This document shows positions 8,659 to 18,634 of a DNA stretch of 32,000 nucleotides, piece by piece. The notes under the pieces were generated by a model. That model was not told the origin of the DNA. It ran no database searches and saw only the letters and a program-made list of their open reading frames with translations. Numbering within the stretch: position 1 is the stretch's first letter; each line of letters begins with the position of its first letter. The translations under genes were made by a program, and so were the position numbers. Source of the DNA: Bellilinea caldifistulae (GTDB lineage: Bacteria > Chloroflexota > Anaerolineae > Anaerolineales > Anaerolineaceae); contig NZ_LGHJ01000014.1 in NCBI RefSeq assembly GCF_001306055.1, positions 180,001 to 212,000 on the forward strand. The letters run 5' to 3'.

Positions 8659-8687
8659 ATTATAGCGGTTTCAGGCGCGGCTGTCAA
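8659..8687 (-). promoter_or_regulatory. Consensus sigma-70-type promoter of the valS T-box leader
   Basis: Minus strand reads TTGACA (8687..8682), a 17-nt spacer, then TATAAT (8664..8659). Both hexamers match the consensus exactly. Confidence 0.75.
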
Positions 8688-9001
8688 ACCGAGCGCCGGG
8701 CGCAGTTGGCAGTCTTAGGGGGAAACCGGATCTTGTTCCGATAAGTAATTTTATCCCAGCCTTATGGATTTCGTGAAATTTTTGGAGAAGACCGATCAGG
8801 ATGAAAGCGGTTGAGTTTCACCTTCCTGGATGTATAATTGATACAATGTTTATCACCTTTAGAAGTTTTCAGATCATCCAGCGGGATGGCAGTAAAAAAC
8901 CTTGGAAGTTGAATCTTGAAAAAATTAGGGATATCTGAAAGCCTTTGCAAATAAGTAGAACGCTGGAATATATGTCTCGCGCTCAGTTAAAGGAGAAGAG
9001 G

Positions 9002-9532
9002 ATGGCAAGGCTCGTGTTCAGCATGAATCAGTCCCTGGACGGGTACGTTGATCATACGGCTTTTGCGCCAAGCCCGGTGCTGTTTCGCCACTTTATTGAG
9101 GAAGCTAGAGGGCAAGCCGGCAGTGTGTACGGCCGCCGCATGTATGAAATCATGCGTTACTGGGACGAGGATCATCCAGAATGGGATGCGGACGAGAATG
9201 CCTTTGCAGTCGCTTGGCGCAACCAGCCCAAATGGGTTGTCTCCCGCTCGTTGAAGGTGGCAGGCCCTAACGCCACGCTAATTGAAGAAAATCTTGAGGG
9301 TGCAATCCGTGAGATAAAGTTGACACGCGACGGAGAGATTGAAGTGGCTGGACCAGACCTGGCGCACAGCCTGACCAAACTTGGCCTGATTGATGAATAT
9401 CGAATATACCTGCATCCTTTTGTCCTTGGTCACGGTAAACCATATTTTGCCGGACCCCGTCCACCCCTCCGCCTCATCGCGAATGATCGGATTGACGAGT
9501 CTGTGATCCGATTGGTATATGTCCCTGCTTAA
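9002..9532 (+). CDS. Dihydrofolate-reductase-like / RibD C-terminal domain family protein
   Basis: MARLVFSMNQSLDGYV... is the typical N-terminus of the RibD_C / YwjB-like reductase family. The protein is about 176 aa. The ATG at 9002 is preceded by AGGAGAAGAGG; the upstream TTG at 8945 is less likely. Confidence 0.7.
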   Translation: MARLVFSMNQSLDGYVDHTAFAPSPVLFRHFIEEARGQAGSVYGRRMYEIMRYWDEDHPEWDADENAFAVAWRNQPKWVVSRSLKVAGPNATLIEENLEGAIREIKLTRDGEIEVAGPDLAHSLTKLGLIDEYRIYLHPFVLGHGKPYFAGPRPPLRLIANDRIDESVIRLVYVPA

Positions 9533-9771
9533 TCTTGTAGCTCTCAAAAAGGTCATCGCCGCTGCGGTGGGGCATCCATCAAAACCCTACCAAGGTTTAC
9601 GAAGCGGTTGGAGCAGGCATTCCTGTTTGCGGCGCGCTACTGAACCGGTGCGCTGGTTGTCGAGCAGGATTGAAGGCTGTGATCATAGAACAAAACCAAA
9701 TAACCGATTCAGGGGTCTGTTCTTTTAAACAACATCTTCAACCGCCCAAAACTTGACCGCGGGAGAAGGGT

Positions 9772-9806
9772 ATGCGGGGAGGCTTTTCATCGGTTCCTCC
9801 CCGCAT
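9772..9806 (-). other. GC-rich stem-loop downstream of the DUF4190 gene (possible terminator without U tract)
   Basis: ATGCGGGGAGG (9772..9782) pairs with CCTCCCCGCAT (9796..9806): an 11-bp perfect stem with a 13-nt loop. No T/U run follows on either strand. Confidence 0.35.
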
Positions 9807-9831
9807 CGGCAAGCCGGATTGCTCGTGATTT

Positions 9832-10164
9832 TCAGGGCAAAAAATTCTGAAAGTTAAAGTTTTGTCCGTCGAACACGCCCTGGGTAAAGAGGAAAACGCC
9901 AACAAGTGCGTTGAAGGCTGAAAGGATCAGCCCAATTGCCGAGAGCACCAGCCCGGCAATTGCCATGCCGCGGCTGCTGGATTTGAGCCCGATGATGCCG
10001 GTGATGATTCCGGCAACTGACATGGGAAAGCCGCAAATCGGCAGACACCACGCTGCCAGATTGAGAATACCCAGCACCAGGGCGGCAATGGCAACGCCCT
10101 GTTTATTGCCGGCAGGTGGCGGTGGGTAAACTACTTCTGGCTGAGGAGTATAATCGCTGGTCAT
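9832..10164 (-). CDS. Small membrane protein, DUF4190-like
   Basis: Pro-rich N-terminus followed by two or three hydrophobic helices (GVAIAALVLGILNLAAW..., VAGIITGIIGL, MAIAGLVLSAIGLILS), typical of DUF4190. GGGAG sits about 8 nt upstream of the ATG. The gene lies 21 nt downstream of the reductase stop. Confidence 0.65.
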   Translation of the reverse strand: MTSDYTPQPEVVYPPPPAGNKQGVAIAALVLGILNLAAWCLPICGFPMSVAGIITGIIGLKSSSRGMAIAGLVLSAIGLILSAFNALVGVFLFTQGVFDGQNFNFQNFLP

Positions 10165-10185
10165 TGAGCTGCTCCCTTGGAAAGA

Positions 10186-11148
10186 TCATTCAAAATGGTT
10201 ATCGCCGAACAAGGCGTCAATCCGTTCGAGGATGTCGTTGGTCAATTTTTCAACCGCTTCAGCGGCGGCGAGGTTTTCATCCAACTGTTCCAGCCGGCTG
10301 GCTCCGGTGATCACGCTGGATACTTCTTTGCGGCGCAGCACCCAGGCAATCGCCAATTGCGAGGTGGTCAGGCCGAGCTCCTGAGCCAGGGCGGTTAACT
10401 GGCGGACGATGGCAATCCGCTCCGGAGTAATTCGTTCGCGCAGCCAGGCCATGTCTTCGTGCGAGGCGCGGCTGCCAGCGGGGATGCCGTCGTTGTACTT
10501 GCCGGTCAGGATGCCAAAGTATAGCGGGGAGAAGGTGGTCAGTCCCATCCCCAAATCGCGCGCCAGCGGCATGATGTGGTCTTCAACCCGCTTGCGGTGA
10601 AAGAGATTGTACTGAGGCTGTTCCATGCTGGGCGGTACCAGCCCAAATTCCCGGCAGGCGCTATAAACTTCGGCAATCTGGTAGGCTTCCCACTCGGAGG
10701 TACCCCAGTAGAGGACTTTGCCCTGATGGACGAGATCATCCATGGCACGGGCGACTTCCTCAAAGGGGGTATCCGGATCGTAGCGGTGGCAAAAGTACAG
10801 GTCCACATAATCGGTGCCCAGCCGGCGCAGTGAGGCGTGGATGGACTCGAAGATGTGCTTACGGGAAAGCCCGCGCCCGTTGGGGCCCGGGAAAGTCGGC
10901 CAGAAGACTTTGCTGGAAATCACCAGCGTTTCGCGCTGTAAACTCTTAATGGCTTTGCCCATGACGATTTCGGCCTGACCGTTGGCATATACATCGGCGT
11001 TATCAAAGAAGTTAACCCCGTGTTCATAGGCGGCATGGACCAAATCTACCGCGGTCTGTTCGTCAATCTGGTTGCCAAAGGTGAGCCAGGCTCCCAATGA
11101 GATTTCACTGACTTTCAGGCCAGTTCTTCCCAGTCTTCGGTAATGCAT
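10186..11148 (-). CDS. Aldo-keto reductase, Kv-channel beta-subunit-like (AKR6-like)
   Basis: YRRLGRTGLKVSEISLGAWLTFG, FDNADVYANGQAE, GLSRKHI, DLYFCHRYDP, YWGTSEW and EQPQYNLF closely parallel Kv-beta/AKR motifs. A strong AGGAGGA RBS is present. Confidence 0.9.
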   Translation of the reverse strand: MHYRRLGRTGLKVSEISLGAWLTFGNQIDEQTAVDLVHAAYEHGVNFFDNADVYANGQAEIVMGKAIKSLQRETLVISSKVFWPTFPGPNGRGLSRKHIFESIHASLRRLGTDYVDLYFCHRYDPDTPFEEVARAMDDLVHQGKVLYWGTSEWEAYQIAEVYSACREFGLVPPSMEQPQYNLFHRKRVEDHIMPLARDLGMGLTTFSPLYFGILTGKYNDGIPAGSRASHEDMAWLRERITPERIAIVRQLTALAQELGLTTSQLAIAWVLRRKEVSSVITGASRLEQLDENLAAAEAVEKLTNDILERIDALFGDNHFE

Positions 11149-11210
11149 GTGATTATCCTCCTGAGGTTGTGAGATGAACTGCCGCCGTCAGGCAGCAGGT
11201 GATTAACGGC

Positions 11211-12578
<1,368 letters not shown>

Positions 12579-12721
12579 GTTTGATCTCCTCTAAATTAAG
12601 GTCAAAAGGTGGATGGCCGATTCAAGATCAGAAAAAGAAAATAAGGAGAGACGGCGGATCGTGATCGGTGCGGTAGAACCCGGCGGAGCAGGAAGAAATC
12701 AGAGGCTGACTCATCACTTCT

Positions 12722-12750
12722 ATTTTACGAATAAAAGAGGGGCAGGTCAA
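12722..12750 (-). promoter_or_regulatory. Candidate promoter of kamA operon
   Basis: Minus strand reads TTGACC (12750..12745), a 17-nt spacer, then TAAAAT (12727..12722). This leaves a leader of about 135 nt before the kamA ATG. Confidence 0.6.
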
Positions 12751-12798
12751 TCAAGCCGGCAGGCATATAAGAATTCTATATGAAGTTGGTATGAATTC

Positions 12799-12827
12799 TT
12801 GACGTTGAAGATTGGGCATGGTAAGAT
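12799..12827 (+). promoter_or_regulatory. Candidate promoter of the hrcA-grpE-dnaK-dnaJ operon
   Basis: TTGACG (12799..12804), a 17-nt spacer ending in TGG, then TAAGAT (12822..12827), i.e. a TGn-extended -10. CIRCE follows about 17 nt downstream. Confidence 0.65.
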
Positions 12828-12843
12828 GATGTAATGGTTGGGT

Positions 12844-12870
12844 TTAGCACTCGAAGGGCGAGAGTGCTAA
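12844..12870 (+). promoter_or_regulatory. CIRCE operator (HrcA binding site)
   Basis: Perfect match to the consensus TTAGCACTC-N9-GAGTGCTAA, located between the promoter and the hrcA start. Confidence 0.95.
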
Positions 12871-12885
12871 AATAGAGAGTTGAAA

Positions 12886-13953
12886 ATGGTAGAGCTGAGC
12901 GAGAGACAAAAGTTCATTCTGACGCTGGTGATTCACGAGTACATTCGGACGGCACAGCCGGTTGGATCGCAAGCGCTGGTTGCTCGTTATAACCTCACCA
13001 TCAGTTCGGCAACCGTGCGCAATGAGATGGCGGTGTTGACCGAGTACGGTCTACTGCGCCAGCCGCACACCTCAGCCGGACGGGTACCCACGGAGGAGGG
13101 CTATCGCTATTTTGTCTCCCGTTTGATCCGCGCAACCGACCTGCCCGATACGACTCGCCGGACGATCAGCCACCAGTTTTATCAGATGCGCCATGATGTT
13201 GAGCAATGGGTGCGTCTGGCGGCCTCCGTGCTGGCTCATCAATCCCGGGCGGCCTCGCTGGTAACACCGCCCCACCCTGAAAAAGCGCGCCTTAAGCATC
13301 TGGAATTGATTGCCACCCGCGGCCGGCAGGTGCTGATGGTGCTGGTGATGGTAGGCGGGGAGGTGCGCCAGCGCATTCTCACCCTGAATGAACCGGTTGC
13401 GCAGGAATTGCTTTCTCAATCGGCTGACCGCCTGACCCAACTATTTCAGGGGCAGGATGTGGAGGGCATTCGCGCCCGCACCTCGCAACTGAGCGGGCTG
13501 GATGCCGACGTGATCGCCTGGGTCATCGAAGATATGATTGAAGCCAACTCGGAAGTGGCCGGGGAGGTCTATCTGGACGGCTTGACGAATGTGCTGGCCG
13601 AGCCGGAATTTACCGGTTCGGAAGAAGCCCGGCGCGCTTTGCGGATTTTGGAAGAACGCTCGCTGCTACAAGACCTGGCTGCCCGCACGGTGATGAGCAA
13701 TACCGTCGGTGGCATTCAGGTATTAATCGGCGGCGAGGGGACATGGGATGAACTACGCCCGTGGTCAATTGTGCTGGGAAGTTACGGCGCTCCCGGACTG
13801 GCAACCGGCACACTGGGCGTGCTTGGCCCATTGCGCATGTCTTATGGACGGGCGATTTCGACGGTACGCTTTCTTTCCGGTTTGTTAAGTGACCTGGTTG
13901 CCGAGACGCTCTTTGATGAACCCTTGAATTACAAAGGAGAGAACCTCTCATGA
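12886..13953 (+). CDS. hrcA: Heat-inducible transcription repressor HrcA
   Basis: N-terminal wHTH LSERQKFILTLVIHEYIRTAQPVGSQAL and length are typical of HrcA. The gene sits first in a CIRCE-controlled operon. The ATG at 12886 is chosen; TTG at 12880 is an alternative. Confidence 0.93.
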   Translation: MVELSERQKFILTLVIHEYIRTAQPVGSQALVARYNLTISSATVRNEMAVLTEYGLLRQPHTSAGRVPTEEGYRYFVSRLIRATDLPDTTRRTISHQFYQMRHDVEQWVRLAASVLAHQSRAASLVTPPHPEKARLKHLELIATRGRQVLMVLVMVGGEVRQRILTLNEPVAQELLSQSADRLTQLFQGQDVEGIRARTSQLSGLDADVIAWVIEDMIEANSEVAGEVYLDGLTNVLAEPEFTGSEEARRALRILEERSLLQDLAARTVMSNTVGGIQVLIGGEGTWDELRPWSIVLGSYGAPGLATGTLGVLGPLRMSYGRAISTVRFLSGLLSDLVAETLFDEPLNYKGENLS

Positions 13954-14552
13954 CCGAAGAAAAGAAAAAACGGACACGCCATGATCATTCATCGGCTGAG
14001 GAATCTGCTCAAACCGCACCTCCGGCTGCGGAAACTGCGGAGCAGGAACCAACGCCCCCAAATGATGCGGTGTCCCTCATGGAGGATACCATTACGGGAT
14101 TACAACAGGAATTACAGAATGCACAAAATCAGTGCAAAGAATACTTCGAAGGCTGGCAGCGTGAACGCGCAGACTTTATGAATTACAAAAAGCGCGTCGA
14201 ACGCGATCAGGCGCAGCTTCATCAGGTCATCACGGCTAACATCATCAAGAAGTTTTTGGTGGTGCTGGATGACATGGAGCGTGCCATCAAAAACCGACCG
14301 GCCGATGCCGAACAGCAAGAGTGGTGGAACGGTGTGGATTTGATTTACCGCAAACTCCAATCCATTCTGGAGGCTGAGGGGATTCAGCCGATTGCCGCTG
14401 CCGGTGATTTGTTCGATCCCAATCTGCATGAAGCGATTTCTCATGAGGAAAGCAGTGAAGTGCAGAGCGGACATATCATTGAAGTTGTACAACAGGGCTA
14501 CCGTCTTGGCGACCGCGTTGTGCGCCCGGCTCTGGTGCGGGTGGCGCAGTAG
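13950..14552 (+). CDS. grpE: Nucleotide exchange factor GrpE
   Basis: ATGA overlap with the hrcA stop and an AAAGGAGAG RBS. GrpE-type coiled coil plus a C-terminal beta domain ([14 protein letters not shown]..., RPALVRVA). Confidence 0.93.
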   Translation: MTEEKKKRTRHDHSSAEESAQTAPPAAETAEQEPTPPNDAVSLMEDTITGLQQELQNAQNQCKEYFEGWQRERADFMNYKKRVERDQAQLHQVITANIIKKFLVVLDDMERAIKNRPADAEQQEWWNGVDLIYRKLQSILEAEGIQPIAAAGDLFDPNLHEAISHEESSEVQSGHIIEVVQQGYRLGDRVVRPALVRVAQ

Positions 14553-14617
14553 CAGCCGTCAGTTGGCAGGCAGGTTGCAACGCATCATCTTTAACACGTC
14601 TTTTTTTGGAGGAATCT

Positions 14618-16513
14618 ATGGGCAAAATAGTCGGCATTGACCTTGGAACCACAAACTCGGTGGTGGCGGTCATGGTGGGCGGTGAGCCAACCGTAATCCC
14701 CTCGGCAGAAGGTGAACGGCTTGTGCCATCGGTGGTTGCAATCAACAAAAATGGCGAGCGCCTTGTCGGGCGGGCTGCCCGGAATCAGGCGATTGTCAAT
14801 CCTGAAAATACAATCTTTTCGATCAAGCGCCTGATGGGACGCAAGTACGATGACCCCGAGGTCCAGCGTACCATCAGTCGGGTGCCGTATAAAGTGACCA
14901 AAGCCCCCAACGGTGATGCGCGGGTGGTGATGGGCGGACGCGAATATTCACCGCCGGAAATTTCAGCGATGATTCTGGCCAAACTCAAAGCGGATGCCGA
15001 AGCCTTCTTGGGCGAGCCGGTGACGCAGGCCGTCATTACCGTGCCGGCTTACTTCAATGATGCGCAACGCAACGCCACCAAAGATGCCGGTAAAATTGCC
15101 GGTTTGGAAGTTTTGCGCATCATCAACGAACCGACCGCTTCCTCGCTGGCTTACGGGTTGGACAAGCGCAAGAATGAAGTGATTGCGGTGTATGATTTGG
15201 GCGGTGGCACCTTTGATATTTCCATTCTGGATGTTGGAGAGGGTGTCTTTCAAGTTAAATCCACCAGTGGCGATACCTTCCTCGGCGGAGATGACTTTGA
15301 TCTGCGCCTGATGGATTACCTGATTGAAGAATTCAAGAAGGAAACCGGCATTGACCTGCGCCAGGATCGTCAGGCTTTGCAGCGGTTGAAGGAAGCCTCT
15401 GAAAAAGCCAAAATCGAACTTTCAACGGTCATGCAGACCGAAATAAACCTGCCCTACATTACTGCCGATGCTACCGGCCCGAAACATCTGGTCAAATCCA
15501 TCACCCGCGCCAAGCTGGAGCAGCTGACTGCCGATTTGATTGAGCGCTCGCTGGGGCCGGTGCGCCGGGCTCTTTCGGATGCTGGCCTGAAACCATCCGA
15601 TGTCAACGAGGTGGTGCTGGTAGGCGGTATGACCCGTATGCCTGCCGTTCAGGATGCCGTGCGCCGTGAATTTGGCAAGGAACCTCACAAGGGGGTCAAC
15701 CCGGATGAGGTGGTAGCGATTGGGGCTGCTATCCAGGCGGCTGTATTGGGCGGCGAGGTTAAAGATGTGATTCTGGTGGATGTGACGCCATTGACGCTCT
15801 CGGTGGAAACATTGGGTGGGGTAGCCACCCCGCTGGTCGAGCGCAACTCGGCCATTCCCACCAGCAAGACGCAAATTTTCTCCACCGCGGTGGACGGGCA
15901 GACCCAGGTTGAAATTCATGTGGTACAGGGTGAACGCCCGATGGCAGCCGACAATAAATCGCTCGGCCGTTTCATTCTTGATGGCATTCCACCTGCGCCG
16001 CGCGGCGTGCCTCAAATTGAGGTGACTTTTGACATTGATGCCAACGGCATTTTGACGGTTACCGCCAAAGATAAAGCCACCGGGCGCAGCCAGCACATTA
16101 CCATTACGGCTTCTTCCGGCCTGACCGAAGCGGAGATCGAGCGTATGCAACGTGAAGCCGAAATGCACGCTGAAGAAGACCGCCGCCGCAAGGAACTGGT
16201 AGAAGCCCGCAATTACGCTGATAACACTCTCTACGCGGCCGAAAAGACTTTAAAGGAATACGGCGATAAAATTCCCGCGGAAGTCAAACAACAGGTCGAG
16301 CAGTCCATGCAGCGGCTCAAGGATGTGATGCAGGAACAGGAACCGGAGCGCATCCGGGCAGCCACGGACGAGCTGGGACAGGCTTTGCAGAAGGTTGGCG
16401 CTGGAATGTACCAAACCGAACCGGGTGCATCTGCGCCGGGCGGCAGTACACCTCCGCCTCCACCCCCCGGTGGTGATGAGGATGTGGTTGACGGAGAATT
16501 CAAAGAGCAGTAA
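14618..16513 (+). CDS. dnaK: Molecular chaperone DnaK (Hsp70)
   Basis: [22 protein letters not shown] and [10 protein letters not shown] motifs, with a C-terminal EEVD-like acidic tail. GGAGG sits 5 nt upstream of the ATG at 14618. Confidence 0.98.
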   Translation: MGKIVGIDLGTTNSVVAVMVGGEPTVIPSAEGERLVPSVVAINKNGERLVGRAARNQAIVNPENTIFSIKRLMGRKYDDPEVQRTISRVPYKVTKAPNGDARVVMGGREYSPPEISAMILAKLKADAEAFLGEPVTQAVITVPAYFNDAQRNATKDAGKIAGLEVLRIINEPTASSLAYGLDKRKNEVIAVYDLGGGTFDISILDVGEGVFQVKSTSGDTFLGGDDFDLRLMDYLIEEFKKETGIDLRQDRQALQRLKEASEKAKIELSTVMQTEINLPYITADATGPKHLVKSITRAKLEQLTADLIERSLGPVRRALSDAGLKPSDVNEVVLVGGMTRMPAVQDAVRREFGKEPHKGVNPDEVVAIGAAIQAAVLGGEVKDVILVDVTPLTLSVETLGGVATPLVERNSAIPTSKTQIFSTAVDGQTQVEIHVVQGERPMAADNKSLGRFILDGIPPAPRGVPQIEVTFDIDANGILTVTAKDKATGRSQHITITASSGLTEAEIERMQREAEMHAEEDRRRKELVEARNYADNTLYAAEKTLKEYGDKIPAEVKQQVEQSMQRLKDVMQEQEPERIRAATDELGQALQKVGAGMYQTEPGASAPGGSTPPPPPPGGDEDVVDGEFKEQ

Positions 16514-16531
16514 GATTTAACTTTGCGAAAA

Positions 16532-16556
16532 GGGGCAGATGGCTTGCATCTGCCCC
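16532..16556 (+). other. Stem-loop between dnaK and dnaJ (no U tract; possible processing/attenuation hairpin)
   Basis: GGGGCAGATG (16532..16541) pairs with CATCTGCCCC (16547..16556): a 10-bp perfect stem with a 5-nt loop. It is followed by TCACCCC, not a T run. Confidence 0.5.
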
Positions 16557-16607
16557 TCACCCCGCAAAGAAATTAACGGCTTACTCGGTTGAATGATTGG
16601 AAGTCGA

Positions 16608-17723
16608 ATGGCGCAGCGTGATTATTACGAGGTTTTAGGGGTCAGCCGAAATGCGAGCAGTGAGGAAATCAAATCAGCATTTCGGACGCTGGCTCGCAAG
16701 TATCATCCGGATGTCAATAAAGAACCGGATGCCGAACAACGCTTTAAGGAAATCAATGAAGCGTATAGCGTGCTTTCGGACCCGGAAAAACGAGCAGCGT
16801 ATGACCGGTACGGTCATGCCGGGGTTAACGGCATGGGCGGCATGCCGGATTTCACAACCATTGACTTTTCGGACATTTTTGAGGAGTTCTTTGGCTTTGG
16901 CATGGGCGGCAGTTCCCGGCGGCGTAATGCGCCCCGCCGCGGAGCTGATTTAAGTACCACCGTCACGCTGACTTTTGAAGAGGCCGTTTTTGGGGTTGAG
17001 AAAGAAATTGAAATTACCCGCGATGAGGTGTGTTCTACCTGCCGCGGCAGCGGGGCCGAGCCCGGTACAGCGCCCGTGCGCTGCCAGACCTGCGGCGGAC
17101 GCGGTGAGGTTCGACAAACTCGTCAGACTTTCCTTGGGGCGATGGTACAGGTCACGACCTGCCCGGCCTGCGGTGGGAGCGGAGAAGTCATCAGTACCCC
17201 CTGCCACACTTGCAAAGGTCGCGGGTTGGAACGTAAAACCATTCGAAAGACCGTCCCGATTCCGGCGGGAGTGGACAACGGCACCCAGATTCGGCTGGCG
17301 GGAGAAGGTCAACCCGGCAGCAACGGCGGGCCGCATGGCAACCTGTATATCGAAATTCACGTCAAAGATCATCCCTTCTTCCGCCGCAAGAATGATGATA
17401 TTTTGCTGGATTTGAACATCAATGTAGCCCAGGCGGCACTGGGGGCGGAAATTGAAGTGCCGACCATTGACGGCAAAACCAGGTTGAACATCCCGGCAGG
17501 CACACAGCCCGGTAAAATCTTTCGGCTTAAGGGTAAAGGCGTGCCGAACGTGCGCGGTAACGGACGGGGCGATCAACTGGTGATCGTCAATGTCGAAGTG
17601 CCTACCCGTCTGACCAACGAACAACGCGAATTATTCGAAAAACTGGCAAAAACCCTGGGCAGCGAGGTTCGCCCGCAGGAAAAAAGCTTCCTGGACTTGC
17701 TCAAAGAGGTTTTAGGTGGCTGA
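16608..17723 (+). CDS. dnaJ: Co-chaperone DnaJ (type I, Zn-finger)
   Basis: J domain DYYEVLGV...KYHPD, a G/F-rich linker and four CxxCxGxG repeats ([32 protein letters not shown]). Confidence 0.97.
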   Translation: MAQRDYYEVLGVSRNASSEEIKSAFRTLARKYHPDVNKEPDAEQRFKEINEAYSVLSDPEKRAAYDRYGHAGVNGMGGMPDFTTIDFSDIFEEFFGFGMGGSSRRRNAPRRGADLSTTVTLTFEEAVFGVEKEIEITRDEVCSTCRGSGAEPGTAPVRCQTCGGRGEVRQTRQTFLGAMVQVTTCPACGGSGEVISTPCHTCKGRGLERKTIRKTVPIPAGVDNGTQIRLAGEGQPGSNGGPHGNLYIEIHVKDHPFFRRKNDDILLDLNINVAQAALGAEIEVPTIDGKTRLNIPAGTQPGKIFRLKGKGVPNVRGNGRGDQLVIVNVEVPTRLTNEQRELFEKLAKTLGSEVRPQEKSFLDLLKEVLGG

Positions 17724-18633
17724 AGCACGCTGGTTGGAAGTATCTCTGATTGTAGATGGGGAATTGGCCGAAGCCGTAGCAGATGTGATTGGCCGTTACA
17801 CCTCGCAGGGAGTGGTGATGGAACAGGCCGTCCGTTATAACGACGAAGAGAGCGAAGGCGTTCCCTACGGACCGGTCAAAGTGTTCGGTTACATGGTGGT
17901 GGATAGCACCCTGGAACAGCGCCGCATGAAACTGGAAGAAGCTTTGTGGCACCTCAGTCAGATTCAGCCGCTACCACCCGCCGAATACCGCGAGATTGAA
18001 GATCAGGATTGGATGGCGGCCTGGCGGGAGCATTATCGGCCGATACCGGTTGGAGAAAAATTAATGATTTTACCGGCATGGATAGAACTGACCGATGAGC
18101 AGCGTATCCCCATCAAAATTGACCCGAGTATGGCGTTCGGCACCGGTACGCATCCTACCACCCAGTTGTGTCTGGCGCTGCTGGAAAAGCACTTAAGAGC
18201 GGGGGATGCGGTCATTGATATCGGCTGTGGGTCGGGGATTTTATCCATTGCGGCGGTCAAACTGGGCGCCAGTCGCGTTTTGGCAGTAGATATTGATCAG
18301 GCCGCCATCCGTTCGACCCGTGAAAACGCTGCCCTGAACGGCGTTGTCGATCAAATTGACAGTGGGGTTGGTTCCCTAAATGAGATCCTGGTGGGGTATT
18401 ACACACTGCGCCGTGCTCCGCTGGTACTGGCTAATATTTTGGCGCCGGTGATCATTCGCATGTTTGGGGAAGGATTGGCGGATACCCTTACAAAGGGCGG
18501 AAAGATCATCCTTTCCGGCATTCTGGATGAACAATCGCCGGCGGTAGAGGCCGAGGCTGAAATGCATGGCCTTCAGTTTGTCGAGCGAATGATTCAAAAC
18601 GACTGGGTTGGGCTGGTCTATCAAAAACCCTGA
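17716..18633 (+). CDS. prmA: Ribosomal protein L11 methyltransferase
   Basis: GTG start overlaps the dnaJ stop (GTGGCTGA). N-terminus [25 protein letters not shown], and the SAM motif [15 protein letters not shown]. Confidence 0.9.
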   Translation: MAEARWLEVSLIVDGELAEAVADVIGRYTSQGVVMEQAVRYNDEESEGVPYGPVKVFGYMVVDSTLEQRRMKLEEALWHLSQIQPLPPAEYREIEDQDWMAAWREHYRPIPVGEKLMILPAWIELTDEQRIPIKIDPSMAFGTGTHPTTQLCLALLEKHLRAGDAVIDIGCGSGILSIAAVKLGASRVLAVDIDQAAIRSTRENAALNGVVDQIDSGVGSLNEILVGYYTLRRAPLVLANILAPVIIRMFGEGLADTLTKGGKIILSGILDEQSPAVEAEAEMHGLQFVERMIQNDWVGLVYQKP

Positions 18634-18634
18634 A

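Noticed and set aside
8331-8744. 137-aa ORF on the + strand upstream of valS
   Set aside because: It lies antisense to the valS T-box leader, terminator and promoter. Its composition is low-complexity and it has no RBS. The region is fully explained by the riboswitch.
9519-9728. 69-aa ORF, plus a start-less Cys-containing frame (...CGALLNRCAGCRAG...), in the 300-bp spacer after the reductase-like gene. I also noticed a fragment RFTKRLEQAFLFAARY that vaguely recalls HD-domain N-termini.
   Set aside because: There is no RBS, no canonical start in the Cys-rich frame, and stop codons interrupt every frame. The HD-like resemblance covers only about 15 residues and does not continue after the stop. 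This is not enough to call a gene or a pseudogene.
12579-12720. Possible lysine riboswitch (L-box) in the kamA leader
   Set aside because: I looked for the conserved L-box core elements (AGAGGNGC start, GG...GUCG/CUGUCA junction motifs) and did not find them. It is left only as an unexplained long leader.
12613-12786. 57-aa ORF (MADSRSEKENKERRR...) on the + strand between kamA and hrcA
   Set aside because: The sequence is low-complexity, the SD-like GGTGG abuts the ATG with no spacing, and the ORF lies antisense to the predicted kamA leader and promoter.
15422-16168. 248-aa ORF antisense to dnaK. Similar long antisense ORFs lie at 16950..17624 in dnaJ, 6538..7092 in valS, 11415..12029 in kamA, 19346..20038 in the NAPRTase-like gene and 23218..23763 in the TyrA-like gene.
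   Set aside because: These are typical shadow ORFs produced by codon bias in GC-rich, highly conserved genes; the antisense frame of hsp70 genes is a classic example. The products are Arg/Gly/His-rich with no recognisable motifs, no RBS and no independent start context.
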